From sequence record DRR723986_28476: a DNA stretch of 50,109 nucleotides; one strand, 5' to 3'. Shown here in pieces: positions 47,141-50,109 of this stretch (its first letter is position 1; each line of letters opens with the position of its first letter). The notes beneath the pieces are model-generated. The model saw only the letters and a program-made list of their open reading frames with translations, did not search any database and was not told the DNA's origin. Position numbers and translations under genes: made by a program.

Positions 47141-47173
47141 AAAGGGAGTGGGGTGACCTGCTCCCTTTTTTTT
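47141..47173 (+). terminator. Intrinsic terminator after icd
   Basis: aaagggagtggg-gtga-cctgctcccttt followed by a T-run; GNRA tetraloop, two G-U pairs. Confidence 0.85.
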
Positions 47174-47354
47174 AACCACCGAGGTCGCAGCGAGTAACTC
47201 AGAGGAACAGCCTATTAAGACTAAGTTTTGTTTAAGTCTCAAAGGGTGGGCTCACAAAAATGAAGTCTTTACTCTTCTAAAAGTGGTGTAGTCAGAGGCT
47301 ATTTAAAGATTAGGATTTACTAGACTCTAGTCGAGAGACTTTATACAATGAATT

Positions 47355-47389
47355 ACTGAAAACTGTGACTGAGACTGAATATTGCGACT
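47355..47389. repeat. Degenerate ACTG(n)2-3 tandem array
   Basis: actgaaa-actgtg-actgag-actgaat-attgcg-act. Confidence 0.55.
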
Positions 47390-47423
47390 TATTCTTTTCA
47401 TCATTGTTGATTTTATGGCCAGC

Positions 47424-47458
47424 TACTTGGTACTTTAGACTTAGGACATAGTACAATT
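47424..47458. repeat. Degenerate 7-bp tandem array directly before the GT4 start codon
   Basis: tacttgg-tacttta-gacttag-gacatag-tacaatt, then ATG. Confidence 0.5.
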
Positions 47459-48748
47459 ATGAAAAAACGAGTTCTAATCATCACCTATTATTGGCCACCA
47501 AGTGGAGGTTCTGGCGTGCAGCGTTGGCTGAAATTCGCTAAATACCTGCCTGAAGCAGGCTGGGAACCTGTGATTTTTACACCTGAAAATCCCGACTTTG
47601 ACCTGAAAGATGTAAGTCTGGAAAAGGAAATCTCCAAAGATCTGGAGGTAATGAAATTCCCGATTTGGGAACCCTATCAACTTTTGGATAAAATTCGCGG
47701 CAAAAAAGAATCACATCCAGGAAGAGTGCTGGAGCAAAAAGAACATGGTTTCATAGAAAAAGCCGCCATCTGGCTTCGTGCTAATTTGATGGTCCCTGAT
47801 CCACGGGTTTTCTGGGTGAAGCCTTCGGTAAAATTCTTAACTGAATTGATTGAGAAAGGTCAGTTTCAGGCAATCATTACGACAGGTCCACCGCATTCTA
47901 TGCATTTGATCGGAAGGGATTTGAAGCGAAAAACAGGAGTTTTCTGGTTGGCTGATTTTAGGGACCCCTGGTCTCAATGGGAGTTTTTGGACAAGCTTCC
48001 TATGCAGAATCTTGTGAGAGACAAACACAAGAAGCTGGAGCAGGAGGTATTGAGCGAGGCGGATGTGGTGACCACTATTTCTCCGACCTTTCAGGAGGAT
48101 TTGAAGGAGCTTTCCACTCGAAAAATTGATTTGCTTACCAATGGTTTTGATCCAGCCGATATGCCAGATGGATTTTCTATAGGAGAGAAAAAAGCTGGAA
48201 GTTTACATCTTGTTTATACCGGGATTATTGATTCTATCAGGAATCCTATGCCTTTACTCAAAGCAATGAAGGAAGAGTTTTTGAAAGAAATGGGAGCAGT
48301 GAAATTTACTTTTGTGGGGAGGGTGAGCGACCAGGTTCGTAGGGAAATTGCAGCGGATTCCTGGCTTTCTGCGCATGTACATTTTGCTGGCTATGTATCT
48401 CATCAGGAGGTTTTTGAATTTTATGCTAAAGCTGATGCGTTGGCTTTGATCCTCACGAATACCAAAAATGCAAAAGGAAATATTCCTGGAAAACTCTTTG
48501 AATACATGGCTACGACTTTGCCGGTACTCGCTTTAGGTGATCCTGCTGGAGATTCAGCGAAGATCTTGAAAGAATCTGAAGCGGGGGAGGTTTTTTCGCA
48601 TTCGGATCATGTTGCGATTCAAGTGAGCTTGAGGAAATTGTATGAGCGCAGCGGGAAACCTGAAGCAGCGACAGCGATTGATCAATATTCCCGACGAAAT
48701 TTAAGTGTTCAATTAGCCAACTTATTGGATGAAGATCCCCTTTCTTGA
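47459..48748 (+). CDS. Glycosyltransferase family 4 (GT-B)
   Basis: YYWPPSGGSGVQRW, TTGPPHS, ADFRDPW, TNGFD, PGKLFEYM. Confidence 0.9.
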   Translation: MKKRVLIITYYWPPSGGSGVQRWLKFAKYLPEAGWEPVIFTPENPDFDLKDVSLEKEISKDLEVMKFPIWEPYQLLDKIRGKKESHPGRVLEQKEHGFIEKAAIWLRANLMVPDPRVFWVKPSVKFLTELIEKGQFQAIITTGPPHSMHLIGRDLKRKTGVFWLADFRDPWSQWEFLDKLPMQNLVRDKHKKLEQEVLSEADVVTTISPTFQEDLKELSTRKIDLLTNGFDPADMPDGFSIGEKKAGSLHLVYTGIIDSIRNPMPLLKAMKEEFLKEMGAVKFTFVGRVSDQVRREIAADSWLSAHVHFAGYVSHQEVFEFYAKADALALILTNTKNAKGNIPGKLFEYMATTLPVLALGDPAGDSAKILKESEAGEVFSHSDHVAIQVSLRKLYERSGKPEAATAIDQYSRRNLSVQLANLLDEDPLS

Positions 48749-49826
48749 TCTCAAAAGAATGGACGGAGAGCTGAAAAATGCTTTGAAATCCAAATTTGAA
48801 GCAATGCTGGAGATTGGGATTTTCTCCGGAGGAGAGGAAGTACAGGCTTTCGAATCTAACATTTCAAACTACCTCCATTCTCCATTTTCCATCTCATGTG
48901 CCAATGGCACAGATGCTTTGGAACTTGCTTTGCGAGCATTAGAAATTGGTGCAGGAGATGAGGTGATCATTCCGGCAATAACTTGGGTTTCTACAGCGGA
49001 AGTTGTAGTAATGGTTGGGGCAACTCCAATTTTTTGGGATACAGATGAAAATGGACTTTTGGCTGCAGATTGGGAAGAGGCTATTTCGCCTAAAACCAAA
49101 GCGGTGATCCCGGTTCACTTGTATGGAAAGATGGTGGATATGGAAAAGTTGATGAAGAAGGCGAGATATCACAAGCTTTTGGTCATTGAAGATGGCGCTC
49201 AGTCCTTTGGTTCTTTTCAACATGGTAAAGCAGCGGGGACTTTTGGTGATGTCGGATGCCTGAGTTTTTATCCTACCAAAAACCTTGGGGCTTTGGGAGA
49301 GGCGGGGATGTGCTTATGCAAAGATCAACAAGTGAATGAGCGGTTAAAATTATTATTGAATCATGGGCAGGTGGTTCGTGATAATCATGAAATTCTAGGG
49401 AAAAACAGTCGTATTGATTCTATTCAAGCTGGGTTTTTAACTGTATTTTTTGATCAATTTCCGTCAAAACAAGCAATCAGAAAAAAGTATGCGAAAATGT
49501 ATTTCGACGGTTTGTCAGTAATCGATGAAATGAAACTTCCATTAGATATTTTGGACGAAGATCATAATGCACATCTTATAGTGATTCAGACAGATCGAAG
49601 AGATGAATTGAAAAATTTCCTTTTACAAAGTGGGATTGGTACGGCAATCCATTATCCGCATATTTTACCGGATATGAAGCCTTTTCGAAGCAAAGGAGAA
49701 TTTAAAAATTCTCGTAATCTCAGCCAAAGAGGACTTTCCCTACCTCTAAATCCTTGGATGAACGAAGAGGAAATTGAGTTTGTGATAGCTAAAATCAAGA
49801 AGTTTTTCCTGACTGGAGATTTATAA
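48729..49826 (+). CDS. DegT/DnrJ/EryC1/StrS PLP-dependent sugar aminotransferase (FdtB/WbpE-like)
   Basis: IPFLDL, ANGTDAL, GDEVIIP, PVHLYG, EDGAQSFG, SFYPTKNLGALG (PLP-Lys), NSRID.IQA, IHYP, SLP. Confidence 0.92.
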   Translation: MKIPFLDLKRMDGELKNALKSKFEAMLEIGIFSGGEEVQAFESNISNYLHSPFSISCANGTDALELALRALEIGAGDEVIIPAITWVSTAEVVVMVGATPIFWDTDENGLLAADWEEAISPKTKAVIPVHLYGKMVDMEKLMKKARYHKLLVIEDGAQSFGSFQHGKAAGTFGDVGCLSFYPTKNLGALGEAGMCLCKDQQVNERLKLLLNHGQVVRDNHEILGKNSRIDSIQAGFLTVFFDQFPSKQAIRKKYAKMYFDGLSVIDEMKLPLDILDEDHNAHLIVIQTDRRDELKNFLLQSGIGTAIHYPHILPDMKPFRSKGEFKNSRNLSQRGLSLPLNPWMNEEEIEFVIAKIKKFFLTGDL

Positions 49827-49829
49827 CCT

Positions 49830-49875
49830 ACAAGGTAAATGGTCAAGGTTGCAATTTCCATGACCCTTGTTTTTG
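49830..49875 (+). terminator. Possible bulged terminator hairpin after the aminotransferase
   Basis: acaag(gtaaat)ggtca...tgacc-cttgt followed by tttt; imperfect. Confidence 0.35.
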
Positions 49876-50072
49876 ACTATTGATTAGTGAGTTGTTTTAC
49901 CAACGCATTCTACCGCCATACATTCCTACATTGATACGCGGCGATACACATTTTGAGAGTTGAAAGGGATTGGAAGGTATGAAGTTGGTCAATTTTTAAA
50001 AATAGTATGTAGATCCGCTTTAGTGCCTGTATGGAGTTAAAAGCTAAAAGGGATCTGATAAACTTAAGAATT

Positions 50073-50109
50073 GAGACCGCTTCAGCCTGTCCCGCCACTG
50101 CGGGAGTCT
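50073..50109. repeat. GC-rich REP-like palindrome truncated by the window end
   Basis: tcccgc-cact-gcggga hairpin (50090-50105) enclosed by agac...gtct, in otherwise AT-rich intergenic DNA. Confidence 0.4.

Noticed and set aside
47104..47458. Possible CRISPR array
   Set aside because: Units are 6-7 bp, degenerate and contiguous, with no 25-45-bp repeats, spacers or cas genes.
1258..49861. Many 60-126-aa ORFs in the track that overlap called genes (e.g. 15071-15451, 24411-24782, 32045-32422, 34837-35202, 39314-39667, 43144-43485)
   Set aside because: Antisense or off-frame to well-supported CDSs, with uninformative composition and no family motifs.
49910..50098. 62-aa minus-strand ORF in the terminal spacer
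   Set aside because: Starts within the palindromic element; no motifs or protein-like signal.

Overview
Gene-dense, AT-rich chromosomal window from a Bacteroidota bacterium. A Cytophagales/Cyclobacteriaceae (Algoriphagus-like) origin is inferred from gene content and TTTG-N19-TAnnTTTG promoters. It is largely core genome dominated by cell-envelope functions: the type IX secretion (T9SS) genes porU, porV and sprA, two tandem tonB paralogs, an Omp85-family barrel with beta-propeller, mltD, an EnvC-like activator, tatA, a flippase and several glycosyltransferase/amino-sugar genes. Housekeeping genes include ruvA, maeB, gcvH, gatA, icd, nhaC and yicC. I found no rRNA, tRNA, CRISPR array, prophage, integrase or transposase. 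The best candidate for an undescribed system is inferential: a sugar-isomerase/FemAB-like GNAT/GT2 cassette abutting the MBL-pssA-porU-porV-M16 operon, which could build the aminoacyl-sugar acceptor for the PorU sortase. Other leads are an Omp85 protein with a degenerate zinc-peptidase domain, an orphan inactive M16 subunit coupled to porV, and intergenic heptamer/REP-like microrepeats near the right end. All family assignments come from motif recognition only; no database search was run.
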